A stretch of 64,000 nt of DNA, taken from contig OX597816.1 of assembly GCA_951406725.2 (NCBI GenBank), forward strand, positions 81,716,001 through 81,780,000, read 5' to 3'. Position 1 is the stretch's first letter. The number at the start of each line of letters is the position of its first letter. Under the pieces are notes generated by a model, which saw only the letters and a program-made list of their open reading frames with translations, ran no database searches and was not told where the DNA came from. Below, in pieces: positions 1 through 13,150 of the stretch. The position numbers were made by a program, and so were the translations under genes. Source of the stretch: Octopus vulgaris. Its lineage: Eukaryota.

Positions 1-249
1 TTAAGTTATAAGTTTTAAAAAAAGATTTTTAATCTTTCTTTGTGCAACTTCTCTTGGTCTTTAGGTTCCTGTAGTATAGTTCACTGTTCTAAACATTCAG
101 ACCAGTTTACTTTGCTTATGTTGTCCCTGCAAATATTGACTGAAAGAAGTTCAGTAGAGCAGGTAACTCCATCAACCTCACAGGATTGATAAGGCCTACA
201 AAAATCATGAATACTGCCCCTCTTCCTCTTCATATCCTGTCGTTAGTGA

Positions 250-561
250 AGGTGTATGGCTTAGTGGTTAGGGTATTTGGCTCACAATTGTAAGGTCTTG
301 AGTTCAATTCTTGTGTCCTGGAGGAAGACACTTTATTTCACATTGCTCCAGTCCTCTCAGCTGGCAAAAATAAGCACCTGTATTTCAAAGGGCCTGCCTT
401 GTTATATTTTGCGTCATGCAGATTCTCCCTGCGAACTACTTTTAGGGTATGCATGTCTGTGAAGTGCTCAGCCACTTACACATTGATTTTATGAGCGGAC
501 TGTTCTATTGATCAGATAAACTGGAATGGAATATTCATCATTGTAACCAACAGAGTGCCAG
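250..561 (+). mobile_element. tRNA-derived SINE (degenerate)
   Basis: A-box-like TGGCTTAGTGGTTAG and B-box-like GAGTTCAATTC head; related copy at ~37424-37630; followed by a T run. Confidence 0.7.
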
Positions 562-1419
562 TTTTTTTTTTTTTTTTTTTTTTAAGATCTTATCACCAAT
601 ATAACATTGTGTCAGAAATCAAAACACTTCACTTTCAAGAGTAGAATGGCTCACTACTGTAAATAGCAAGTATAGCACTATTAGCAAATGTTTTTGTTAG
701 CTTATTGTGTTGAGTTCTGGAACTTCTTTAAACTACAACCATGGTATTACTGTACCCATTGTGTCATATCATTTGGAGTACATAAAGTCTGCTTATCTCA
801 GTTCACTTTGAAAATATATTTCACTCCATTTTTTTTTTTTAATTAGTTTGTCAGGGATGGAAGGGCAGCAACCATGACGCTTTGTTTTTTCTAGACTGCT
901 AAAACTGGTGGGAAAAAGGGAGGAGGCCATCTTCAAACCAAAGACCAGGCCCTGATGCCTGCAACAAAATGAACCCTGCTAAAATCACACAAAAACCAGG
1001 TGATGGTGATTAATCAAATAATAGATTAAATCTACTTCCCTAAAACTCAGAAGATAAGGAACCAGAACAAATACTGCAAGACATCTTGTCTGATGCACTA
1101 ACAATTCTGCCAATCTACCACTTTGGTCTAGTGCTTTATTTTATCTATCATGTAAAGATAATAGACAAAGTTGACCTCAGTGAGATTTCACAAATGAGTG
1201 ATTAACAGTCAGACTCTCTAGGTAAAAAAAAAAGTTACAACAATGCTGATGGTACATGATCAAACTGGTTGTAAAAGAAAAAATTACAATTTTCATTGTT
1301 ACTATGGATTATTGTTATTATTTATTGGGTGATAGATTGGCAGAATTGTTAGTCATTCGACAGAATGCCTTGCCATAATTCTTCTAATTCTTTGATCCAT
1401 ATTTCATATTTTACTTAAT

Positions 1420-2560
1420 ATGTGTAATCTTTCAAACTCCTTACGGAGATGGTATTGTTTGTTGGACAAATTGCATCAGTAAGTATGCAAAATTTTATAA
1501 CGATATCTAGTTTGCTCCTATCTCTCTATATTTGCAATTTTCAGAGAAGTAATCCCACTGTTTTCATTTTTTGCAACTGTCTCTGATGTAAACTTGTACC
1601 ATTTCTCTGATGTAAATTTTGATTTACTTGCATATTTCCCACATGTAGGTAGCTACCTTGTCGTCCCTTGAAGCATTGTGAATTGACCACAAATGTGGTA
1701 TTTAAGTTTGACATTTTGCTTGATGTCTAATCAGGAGGTACTAATCCTGGAAATCATAGGCACTCAATTTTCCCTATTTGGAACCTGATGTAGCTCTATT
1801 GTTTATTGCAATTTGGTTTATTTAATCAATATAGGAATCTGCTATGAAATGGTTTTAATTTTCATCCCTTCATTTTCTCAACTGTTTTTTATTTTACTTA
1901 TTTCTCTAAAAAAAGTTTTCCTTACTTAATCTATGTACTTCTGCTAAATATTTCAGTAATTCTTTGTTTAGTGAATACAAGGTTTTGATTTTGTCATGTT
2001 TTATAACTACTTAAAACAGAATGCTTTCTATTTGTATAGTTTTTTTCTCATTCTTTTAAATTTTTTATATGACAGCAAGTCTCTAATCTAGCTGAAGAGA
2101 ATTTAAAGACCATTCTTAGTTATATAAGGTCCCTTCCTCCATTATGTCTTTTTGGATAATGTAATCTAAATTCTGAATTATGCTATAGTTTTCCTATTTT
2201 CTATCTAGTTTTTGGGTCGCTTACAACTTCCACTTTATAACATTGAAATGATAGCTTACTATCAAATGTACTGACATGCTTATTGCTTCCATCCTATGTT
2301 TTGAGTAAGTTTACTCTTAAGGATCATCTTAGTCAGCTGAGATTGAGTCTTTACGTTTCATATCTTCTACTTGTTTACCTTCATTGATTCTCAGACATTT
2401 ATCCATTTCTTGTGTTCTTAATTCTTCAGTTGCATTGTCAGTATTTACTAACATGATTAGCTCACCTTCATTGAAGGTGAATCTTGTCATTCATCAACAC
2501 CAAGCTACATATTGTTTGCATTGGAAACACTCTCTAATTGTGTATCTGAGTTAGAATACA
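1420..2560 (-). mobile_element. Possible highly degraded Penelope-like retroelement remnant
   Basis: Strand-biased coding-like composition with faint GIY-YIG-like fragments on the minus strand; many stops; boundaries approximate. Confidence 0.3.
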
Positions 2561-3205
2561 ATTTAAATTATTATTTTTATCATTATACAGTTTTATTATT
2601 ATATAGATCACAAAAACATTGGGAACAATGTGGGATTTCTTAAAAGGGTATGAAAAAGGAGAATAACTAACAAAAAAGCAAATTCCAAACAATAATTCCC
2701 CAAAAGTGGGAGACTTTCAAAAGTTACTCGTGAGAATCCCACAGCACCCCTAAAGTAATTGTCATTTTCATGTTCTCCTTCTTCAACCTACAGGCACATA
2801 CTCAGAGTAGACCCTTTCACTTGGACCATGCTCATTACTATTATTACTAATTTGCTGGATAGGGTGAAGGGCAGCAATTCTCTCTCTGCTTTCACTTTCC
2901 TTTTTATGTGAAACTTGAAAAAGTTGATTATTTCTTTCATTGGCCACAAGGTCCCAGGACATTGAGTAAAAGAAAAAGAAAAAAGAAGTATAACAATAAA
3001 GAATTTCAACAAGAGAGTTCCCTGACTGAAGGAAGACCACCGTATTTAATTGGGAGATGTCTTCATGCAAGTGCTCAGATTACTCTATCACATCCAAGGC
3101 ATCAAAAGTGCCTTCTCTCTGTTTCTTTCTTCTTACAAAGAAAAGCTTACAGAGGGTAGGCCATTCAGTTTCTACACTTTTGCCACTCTCACTTATATTT
3201 TGTTG

Positions 3206-4257
3206 AATAATAATTATTATTATTTTGATTCTCACTGTTCTCTTTGCGGTTGTTCTTTACTTGAAGGCAAGCAATAATAAATCACCAAAGCTTTCAAGTC
3301 ATGCCTTCTCCTGTGACTCAAAGAGACAATACTCTCCTTAGAATGTGAGCTGTACCCAACAATGCTGCCTTCTGGATCACTTCAAGCCTGAAAGTAGCTC
3401 CAATATTCTTATGCTTTTCAAAGCTCTTGGAAACTGTTCCTAATGCTCCAGCTATCACCGGTTTTACCATTACTTTCCTCATGCCCCATAACTTTCCTAT
3501 CTCATCCCACAATAGCTGGTATTTCTCACTCTTTTCTGTTTCCTTACATTTCACCTTCGAATCACCTGGTATTGCAACATCTATTGTCTTTGCTTCTTTT
3601 AATGTTAAGATCCCAGAGTATTTATTAATGTTCGTTTTCCATTATTCCCTCTGGCTTGTGTTCATACCATTGTTCTGCTCTCTCGAGGTATTCTTTACTG
3701 CACAACAGCCAGTGGACATATCTGGCCATATTGTTGTACTCTTTTTGTATTCACATTGTGCAAGCTTACAGCACTCACTAACAATATGGCTTATACTTTC
3801 TCCCTTCTCAGAGCACATCCTACAGTGTGGCGAGTCAGTGCTTTTATCAATGTGGGACCATATCATATGCTTTCCTGTAGTCCACCCATGCCATCACTAA
3901 ATTTTTGTGTCTCTTCTTGCAGTCAGCCAGGATAGTCTTATCGATTAGTAATTGATCCTTCATTCCTCTGCTCTTACATCTACACCCCTTTTGTCCCACT
4001 GGTAGTAGGTCTTTCTCATCTAGGTATTTATAGATGCTGCTTGATATGATGGCTGTCATCAGTTTCCACATCAGTGGCAAACAAGATATTGGTTGGAAAT
4101 TTCCAGCCGCACTCCTTTACTTGGCTCCTTCTGGCATAGTACCGTTCTTTCTTTTTGTCATCCAGGCCAGTACTTGGATGTCACTTCTCATTATTTCATC
4201 CAGCTGTTTCACAATTCTCCTCTGCAGAGCTGTCAAGTTTTTAAGCCAAAAGCCCTA
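3206..4257 (-). mobile_element. R4/Dong-clade RLE non-LTR retrotransposon, internally deleted 3' fragment
   Basis: RT N-terminal motifs ([30 protein letters not shown]) jump directly to a CCHC knuckle (CRMC..ESISHIVSEC) and the RLE C-terminus (PVIAGALG..IQKAALLGTAHILRRVL); 3' end abuts (TAA)n at ~3206-3224. Confidence 0.85.
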
Positions 4258-4473
4258 AAGCTGGCAGAATCATTAGCTTGCCAAGCCAAATGCTTAATAG
4301 CATTTCATCCATCTTTATTTTCTGAGTTCAAATTCCGCCAAGGTCAGTTTTGCCTCTCATTTTTTCAGGGTCAGTAAAATAAGTACTAGTTGATCACTAG
4401 GGACGATGTAATCTATTAGTTCCCTCCTCCAAAATTACTGGCTTTCTGCCAAAATTTGAAATCATCATCAGCT

Positions 4474-4521
<48 letters not shown>

Positions 4522-4770
4522 TTTAGTGAACTGGCAAAATTGTTAGTGCATTGGAAGAAATGCTTGAACAAAAATACTTAGTAGTATTTCTTCCTGCTCT
4601 TTAAATTCAAGTTAACACCCAGCCAAGGTCAACCTTGCCTTTTATCCTTTTAGGGTCAATAAAATAAAGTACCAGTCAAGAACTAAAGTCAATGTAATCA
4701 ACTTATCTCCTCCCCTACAGATTGTTGATCTTTTGCCAAAATTTAATATTGTTGTTATTATTATTTTAGC
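4258..4770 (+). mobile_element. Two tandem tRNA-derived SINEs with (ATT)n tails
   Basis: Head CTGGCAGAAT.GTTAG, B-box GAGTTCAAATTC, conserved core TTTGCCTTTCATCC..GGGTC.ATAAAATAAGTACCAG; (ATT)n at 4476-4520; further family members at ~13545, 27060, 29100-29780, 54450 and 58345(-). Confidence 0.75.
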
Positions 4771-5257
4771 GATCACTAGTTCAATCATATAACTAGTTTA
4801 ATCTGCTTAAGTTCATCATTAAGTACATACTATATATATATATGTAAGTATCTATGGACGTAAGGTGACATGTAAATTGCTTATTTATTATAAATCTACA
4901 TCTGCTTGCATTAGATAGTACATGTTATATCAGTGCAGTATCATTGAACTCCAGTGTAACTGTTGAAAAAACATTTTCAACAGGCATTTAGACAAGTGAG
5001 TTTAGTTGAATAGGATTAGGGGCCATGGCCATCATGTATTTGGTTGGGTTGGGGGCTGTTACAGTATTAGCTGATAAAATTTTAATATAACAGAAATTTA
5101 GTTCTTAGTATCCATCTATTTATCAGCATTGTACAACCAAATAGTTCAGGATTGTTGTCCATAGGAACTAAAGACAATCAATCCTGATAATCTTGCTCTC
5201 ATACAGTCTACTGAAGAATTGCAGAAAATATACTTTATATGAAAGGATGGTCTAGAG

Positions 5258-5821
5258 CCTGTGGTCTGCAGACCCCAGGTGGTCCACAAAGGTAGTACTG
5301 GGGGTCTGTGAACTAAATTCAAAATTTCGTGTGTGTGTAAAGGAGTGGCTGTGTGGTAAGAAGCTTCCTTCCCAACCACATGGTTTCGGGTTCAGTCCCA
5401 CTTCGGCAAGTGTCTTCGACTATAGCCTCAGGTCAATCAAAGCTTTGTGAATGGATTTGGTAGACTGAAACTGAAAGAAGCCAGTTGTGTGTATATATAC
5501 ATATTTATATATTTGTGTGTATATTTATGTGCCTATGTTTGTCCCCCCCCCCCCACTATCGCTTGTCAACTGATGTTGGTGTGTTTACATCCCTGATTCG
5601 GCAAAAGAGACCAATAGAATAAGTACTAGGCTTACAAAGAATAAGTCCTGGGGTCGATTTATACGACTAAGAGGTGATGCTCCAGTATGACCTCAGCCCT
5701 GGGCTGAAACCAGTAAAAGGTAAAATAATATATACATATATATATAAGGATAAGCATATTAAAAGGGGGGCTGTGAGAAAATAAAAGGGGTCCTTGATAG
5801 TGAAAAGGTTGGGAACCACTG
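5258..5821. mobile_element. hAT/Charlie-type MITE with nested SINE
   Basis: 8-bp TSD GTCTAGAG at 5250-5257 and 5822-5829; right TIR GGTTGGGAACCACTG; degenerate left TIR. Confidence 0.75.
5341..5730 (+). mobile_element. SINE of the GTGGCTGTGTGGTAAGAAGCTT family nested in the hAT MITE
   Basis: Same family at 35764-36140(+), 63926-64000(+), 22270-22630(-), 41500-41935(-). Confidence 0.8.
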
Positions 5822-6595
5822 GTCTAGAGTCAAAAAGATAAACAGTCAACATGGCAAACTGCTAGCTATTAACAGAGAACATCAAATCCTTGTATCACAT
5901 AGAAAATGAATGAATACGTAGGACTTCAATACTGTGTACTTATTGCAAGTGAGGTGTATACTAAATGTGCAATAAGATGTGTGGCAAATTATTACATTAT
6001 CAGAACTTTTGATGTGATAGATTCATAGGAGTGGTCAGCCACAGAAGAACCTATAAAATAAAAAAAAAATGAACTTAAACAGCTTTCAAAACACAGTTAA
6101 CAGTTTTTATTACTTAGTTAATCTAATTAGTTAGCAGGTACAGCTGTAGTGACAGCATAGTTGCAGTGGAAGGGGTGAAAGAAATTATCTTGGTAGGTAG
6201 CAAAGACTTTTTCTCTTCACTTCAAAGGCAGACTAGATGAAGTGTGCTTAAGATGTATGATACTAATGAGTTATGGGTATCATCAAGTACAAATGATCTG
6301 CAGAAGACAGACTTATCCTTCAGATATATAAAGCTTATTTGTATTAAAAAGCATTGCACAAGTGAGCTGAGAGAGCAACCAAGCAGTAAAAGCATCAGCT
6401 AAAGTGTGCAGGACATAATTATTCTGAAGTAGATGTATAGTGCAAATAATCTATTAAAATGAGGCACTGTTGCTGTAGCAGAGGGACAACAAATTTCAGG
6501 AATTTCCCCCTGATTTTATCATCCGATGCAGTTAGTCCATTGTGTCCACAAACTGGAAAATCGTAGCAAGTATTTATCTAGTAGTCTTTCTAGAG

Positions 6596-6911
6596 CATAG
6601 ATTCTCAAAGTGGGTGCTACTGCTCCCTGTGGGTGTTGAGACGGTCCAGGTGGCCCCCTAAGGGGATGGGGGGTGTAGAGAAAAAGGAGGCATTGGGAGG
6701 AAGGCATTGAGTTGGGGGACGCTATAAATTTATCATAATATTATTATAGTATTGTATACAAATTATATAATGTATTAAATATCAAATGATTCATAGTATA
6801 TATAAATTAGTAAAATATAAAATATTTATGTATACATAAAAATAGGGTTGGGGTGCTGAGAGTATTACGTGGCCATGATGGGGTGGGGCCTAAAAAGTTT
6901 GAGAACCTCTG
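6596..6911. mobile_element. hAT/Charlie-type MITE
   Basis: TIRs CATAGATTCTCAAA / TTTGAGAACCTCTG; TSD TTCTAGAG (6588-6595) / ATCTAGAG (6912-6919), the NTCTAGAN target typical of Charlie. Confidence 0.75.
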
Positions 6912-7545
6912 ATCTAGAGGGATATTTCTTTCGCAGTTGCTTAAGTCTTTATGTAAACTATATTGATCCTATAATGAAATTTGAAGAGCTTCAAGAAGAT
7001 TGACTTACCAGTATTTTCAGTTAGTGTCTCACATTTCCATACCTCTATCATTAGTGTTGATTCAACACACTAAAGATTTTTATACTTTTGTTGTTCTTTG
7101 AAAGGAAAATTTTTTATCTAATGGCAAGCATTATGAAGTGTCATTACAGTTCAAGGCAAATCCATGAGTGGTTTTGATTCCTAGTCAAAGCCATTTTAAT
7201 TCAGAAATTTGAGGCTACATGCTTTATAAATCTGAAGCTAAATGTCTTTGTAAGAAATCAATGTTTTTATTTGACTGAAAGGTTAGTTGTTTAGTATTGT
7301 TCATCTGTGGATTTCAACTGAAGATGATGATGGAAGAATATTAGGTGAATTAATTCAGTTTTTGTTATTAAAATGTTGCCCCAACTATAATAAAGCTTAC
7401 TACTTAAGCATTTAACTTTAAAAGCTTTAACCTTTTAGCTTTAACTAAAAAAATGCTTTTTTTTTTGCTTTTTTATTGGCTCCTTTTAATTCTCTTCTTG
7501 TAACTAAAGCTTAAACTTTATTCTGTGAGAAATACATGTATTTAA

Positions 7546-7767
7546 CCCTTTTGTTATCATATTTCAGTTGAGATGCTCTGTGTTTCTTTCAATTAATTTT
7601 AAATATAACAAAGAATTTAGTAAAATAACTTAGTTATCATTAAGCTAGTGTTAGGAGCATAAATTGTGACTAAGGTTTAGTGGAAGATTTTAATTCAGAA
7701 TTTTTGAAAACAAGACATTTGTACTACAGAGCTAGAGGCAGTTTCAGGCGGGTTGGTATCAAAAGGG
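7546..7767. mobile_element. piggyBac-type MITE
   Basis: TTAA followed by CCCTTTTGTTATC ... GGTATCAAAAGGG TIRs; right TTAA degenerate. Confidence 0.65.
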
Positions 7768-10700
7768 TTGCCTCCAATGATTTTAACTAACAGCAAAACT
7801 GCAGTGAAAATCCTTGCTTTGATGTGAACTGTAAAATGTTTTGTATTAAAAAAAAACTGCCATTGTCTTTATTTAGTTATATATTAGGAATGGAAAGTGT
7901 TTCATTGTTTACTGGGCTAACACTGTGGCTAACATAAAACGGCTTTGTTATTCTCCTTGTTTGTATTATGTCTGGAAGATATTTTTCTGCTGTGTTGATT
8001 TCATAGGCTATTGCAGTATGCAGCTCTCTGACAGATAATTCTCCTGCAGGAAAAGATCAATATATTTTCTCAATATCATCTTTAGAATTGCCATAATTAA
8101 GCTCAGTTTTAGTTACTGTTGTTCAACTGTATACTATCTACTGAAAAATTCATTCCAATTTTATCCTGAGAAAGCAGGGTAGAAAATAAAGCTAATAATT
8201 AGTTTTCTCCTTGCTACACTAAGTCTCTAATACATTGATGGGCTCTTATAATTGCATCTAACTAGTTTAGTAATTGAAAGAGTACAATGTTAGTGAATAT
8301 GTGTGTAATGGAGGTTATCTAATTATTAGATTATTCATTTGTTGAAATCCAGTGAGTGTTAAATGAGAGAAGTAATTACATTTTGGAAAACAACTTTTTC
8401 AAAAAAAGTCTTTATCCTTATCATCCTTGCTATTTGTGACCAAGAGAGTGTTGTATTTTAGTGGTGGTGGTGGTTGGTATCAGCAGTATTGATATCCCCA
8501 CTGTAGTAGTAGTTGTTTTGTGAGGGTTTTTGTATTGTTGTCCCAATAAGTTCTACTGAGCAGGCAATATTCAGTTTGTCAGTTGAAAGGTTTAGCAGTG
8601 ACTACAGCCAGAAGTCACTATTAAAGATGATTCTTGCTGTAGTCATCAAAGCAGTTAAGGTGCAAATAATATTGTTCCAGCTTTTGAGAAGGGATAGATA
8701 TGGCTGTCTAGTTAAGAATTTCACTTCTCCAATCATGTGATTTGGGGCTCAGATTTTGTGCCGTATCTTGAGCAGGTGTCTTATACAACCTCTAAGTCAA
8801 CCAAAGTGAGAGAAGCCTGCAGTGAAGTCTGTCACATATGTATGTAGATAGGTAGCTGTGTATGCATATTTGCATCAATGTGTTGTACCCTACAGCATGC
8901 ACTGCTGTTGTCACTCCTCCAGTCAACAACTTGTCCTCTTGCTTCATGCTTTTGCAGACTTGTAAAATAAAAGATTTGTTATTTGAGAAACAGATAAGGG
9001 TTCACAACAGGAAAGGCATCCTTCTGTCAAACAATACCTCAATAATATTTTTGTCTAAACCATGCAAGCATGCAAAAATGGATGTAAAGAGATTAGGTTT
9101 AACAGCTAAGCAACTGGAAGTGCTATTTTATTTGAAGTCTTTCTGAATGTCAGCACTGATGAAGGTGAAGCCATGATAATTTTGTCTTTTATTCAAATAC
9201 AGTCTAGCTAGTCAGTATTATTCAGTAAGTCATTAACCTTTTTGTTACCTTTTTAATAGGTTGAGTGACTGCATAAAGGCCTCCATAGTCCACATTTAAG
9301 GAGCTGTTAGTAATTTTAGGATGTTGACAATGATGGAGATAGGGTTCATGTGTTTCATTAAGGTTTCCTTTAATAATTGTTTATTTTAAAATCTGTTTAT
9401 TTTTGTAATAGAATTATACCCCTGAATTTATTGCACTTGTCAAATATATAGTTTATATTTATTGTGCAGTTGATGTGTGTTTGCATTTGTAAGCAATCTG
9501 TTAGCATCATAATAGATAAAAATAGTAAATGGGTGGTTAAAAAAAACTACACTAATTATTACAAGCTTGTAAGCTCAGACCAAGCTGCAACTTCTGTGTT
9601 AGAAATCTTATTACTCCTTAACTCAATGTGCATAACTATGAAATACTGTCACTGTTCATTTCATGGTTGGATGGTTATCATTCAATAGTTATTCATATAT
9701 AAACCCTATCATTCAGCTACTAGTTTTGAGAAACAAGTAAAACATCATAAAAACACTATTATTACTCACAAGTTGGTTAGTGAAAATTTTTCTATGACAA
9801 TGTTCATCTTGTGTGCAACAGTTTATAACAAAAAAAAACTCTTGAGTTCTGAGAGTGTCAAAAGAACATTATTTCATACCTTGGTAATTTATAAAGTGAT
9901 TTGTAATTGATTACTGAAGAATAAGATTAGCTACCTACCAGCCAGCACTTAACCTAGTTTTTGCTGATGCAGAATTCAATATTTCAAGTGTAGGAATCTT
10001 TTGAAACAACATCCTATAGAATAAAAGCATCATGTTTGAATGGCTTCTTAAGATTAAAAAAGGTTGTAACCAAACCTTATGCCTGATTTTTGTTTCAGTG
10101 AATATTTTTGAATATTTTCAGTTTACATTATTTTACACACACACACACACATGCGAGTGCACACACGCACGATGTCAAAGACAGTCAGTTTTATTTGACT
10201 CTATTTTAGAAATATACAATTATATTTTTTCATGAGAATAATGCTTGAGAATTTTTGTTTTAAGATATTGCTTTCTTTTTATATGACACAATTCTTTTTT
10301 CCTTTTTGTAAAAGAACTTCGATATGAAGCTAGCTCATTCAGATAAAAGATAAACTGACACTGGCTTGATTTGAACACAGAACATTAAGATGCTTGGCAC
10401 ACTAACAAAATCTTTGCTTCAACTGTCTACATTTGCTGCTGTCAATGTCATCTTACATGTTAACAATTAAATTCTTTTTTTTTAAATTTCTTTTGTAAGA
10501 TTTCATAAAGATGAGCTTATAATCAAAGAATTGATTCCAGTACTTACTGGTACTTAACTTTATTGATTCCAGAAGACTAGGAAGCAATATCTATTCCAGC
10601 AGGATTTGAATTTTGTACACAATATCAGAAGAGATACTTAAAGATTTATTTCTTCTTTCTTCCAACTCACTGTTGTTCTTACAATACTGAGGATCTGCAC

Positions 10701-11080
10701 AAATAATGCATTTTTTAGCAGCTAATAATTGTAAATGCAGATAAGATTTCTAGTTATTAAAATTACTATTGTTGAAATCCTGTAATTAGATTTATATCTA
10801 CCTCTGTTGAAAAAAATGATAATTTAAAAGATCTTCCCTAAGCCATTTACTAGAATGACTAGTAATAATAATATTAAGTTAAATATGTTGTCAAACTAAG
10901 TGTTATAATAAAGAAGAGAAATTAGTTTAAATAAGTGAATAAGAGGTATTTATTCAGTCAATAATTCTGCATAACATAATTACTTTAACATAAACTACAG
11001 CATTGTTGAAAAAAAAATACTTCAGACTATCATTGATCTGGATTGCTGTCTAATACAGAGAGTACTAGCTGCAAAGAGTT

Positions 11081-11143
11081 GTATTTTATTTTATTTCTTT
11101 TCATATGAATCCGTATTTTATTTTATTTCTTTTCATATGAATC
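11081..11143. repeat. Tandem duplication, ~32-bp unit x2
   Basis: GTATTTTATTTTATTTCTTTTCATATGAATC occurs twice, directly adjacent. Confidence 0.85.
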
Positions 11144-12756
11144 ACTGTAAAGACTATAGAGATTCTCCATTTAGATTCATAAATTATCCTTTCATTCTGT
11201 TTGTTGATTATATGAATAATGTTTTATTTTGTTTTATATGTTTATCCCATGCATTAATGGAATAAATGGATATGACCTTTTATGATGGAAGCAGGGAATA
11301 GTTATAATCAGTTCTATTAATATGAGAGTAGAGAGAGATAACTATTAAGTTCATGCATTTCCCTAGAAGATCAGCAGTGTTAATCAAAACTGTGTGAGTC
11401 TCCTGCTCTACCACATGTGCCATACACACTTAAAGATATATGTCTTTTGGGTTTTTTTGTTTTTTATTGCTGAACAACAGATATATAAGACACCAATTTT
11501 TAGTATCTTTAATTTCATCCTTGATAAAATATACTCATAAAGCAGAAAATGTTCACACTATCAATTGAATAAGTTTGTTTCATCCCTATAAGGCTATAAA
11601 AATTAATGATACATACCTTAATAACTAACTATAAGCATCTGACTCTGGTTTCTTAAGCAGATGCAACATGATATTCTCCTGCGTAACAATTTCATGTCCA
11701 TTTTCCCCTCAGCTACCTAAACTGAGACTTAAAATGAAATTGTTTTGCCTGCTACAGATTTGAAATCAAAATGCATGAGCTAAACAGTCCAATATATTTC
11801 TACTTGGCAATTCATTCTTAACCTAAAATAATGCAGTACAAATATTCCAATCTACTTGGGAGGAAGAATAAGAAGTCTTGACATTCTTACATTCCCTTAA
11901 AGACATTACTTTTATGAACAAAATAATATAGCTACAAACAAAGTAAATTGTTGTGAGGACTAAACTCATAATTATGTATCCAGTAATTCTGTATTTTATA
12001 TATCTTTCAGTTATTATGTCTCATACTTGATGTCATAATATATCCATGTTTTCTGAGTTCAAATCCTACTGAAGTCACAAACAACTTAAAACTTGTAACA
12101 AAGGAAAAGTAAAAAATTTTTATTGTGAAAAATCTTGTTTTAGCACAAGTTAATTGATGAATATATTTTTATTAATAACTTAAACATAGTTCATTTATGT
12201 TCTCTTCTTGCAGATCTGTTTGTATTCTTGTTTCTCAATAATATCAGAATTTATGTGGAGGTCCTATATCATGGAGATTTTGTCTGTGTAGAGGAAATCA
12301 TCTCTCTCTCTCTTTTTTTAAGCAATACTCATGGTAGGATTTGAGGTTACCATTTGTTAATATCTCTACCATTACACCTACTTAATAGGTGAACTGGGCT
12401 GTCAACAGTTAAGTTTCTTTTACTATTGACATAAGCATTGATGGTGAGATTCAAACTGCTTACCTAACTGGTAGCCAGGTACCTTATGACACATAATGAT
12501 TTCTGTTTTAAGCACAAGGCCTTTACTTGTATATATCATCAACCCAGAAAGAGGTGAAAGGCAAAGTTGACCATAGCAGGACTTTTTATTTATGGCCATA
12601 AGAATTTTTTTTTCCATGTATTTCATTTTGAAATCTGATTTACAGCCCATTAAACTGTATCATTTATTGTACATCAAGAACTTGCATAATATGCTTTATC
12701 TATTTCAATCTCTGTCTCAGTCATTACAATTTCTAATACAGTTAATATTTTCTCTT

Positions 12757-13150
12757 TATTATTATTATTATTATTGTTCTTGTTCTTACCTCTTGTAACA
12801 CAGCTTAAGATATTAACAGAGTACATATAACTCTAGATAGTTCTTTATAAAGGATATTGGCACTTCCAAGAAGTGCTGATATCTGTAGAGATACAAAGTG
12901 TTATAATTAGCTTGTTGATGTATGTTGTTAATTTGTTAGAAATGGAACCAAGGGCACCAATTACTATTGGCAACACTTTTGTTTGTATGTTCCACATTCT
13001 TGAAATTTCCAAGCAAAGCTGCAAATAATTATCAATTTTTCTCATAATCTTTGCTAGCTATATTGTGGTCACCTGGAATAGCTACATCTATAATGTAACA
13101 CTTTTATACTATAATATCTGGTCAACTGTGCTCTATCACTTTATCATTCA
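12757..13150 (-). mobile_element. R4/Dong-like RLE 3' fragment
   Basis: Endonuclease C-terminus (IIDVAIPGD, KIDNYLQLCLEISRMW..TKVLPIVIGALG); 3' end at (TAA)n 12757-12775. Confidence 0.75.

Noticed and set aside
4258-4770. Regularly repeated units as a CRISPR-like array or tRNA genes
   Set aside because: They are diverged tRNA-derived SINEs with microsatellite tails; no complete cloverleaf and no repeat-spacer structure.
7105-7345. Possible upstream TPD52 exon ending EDDDGRIL-G (phase 1 donor GTGAAT)
   Set aside because: No convincing in-frame start or acceptor and no homology; the first exon remains unlocated.
11361-11400. Hammerhead-ribozyme-like string (CTAGAAGATC..ATCAAAAC..GTC)
   Set aside because: Both core motifs are broken (CUGANGA has an insertion; GAAA is lost); at most a dead Penelope terminal remnant.
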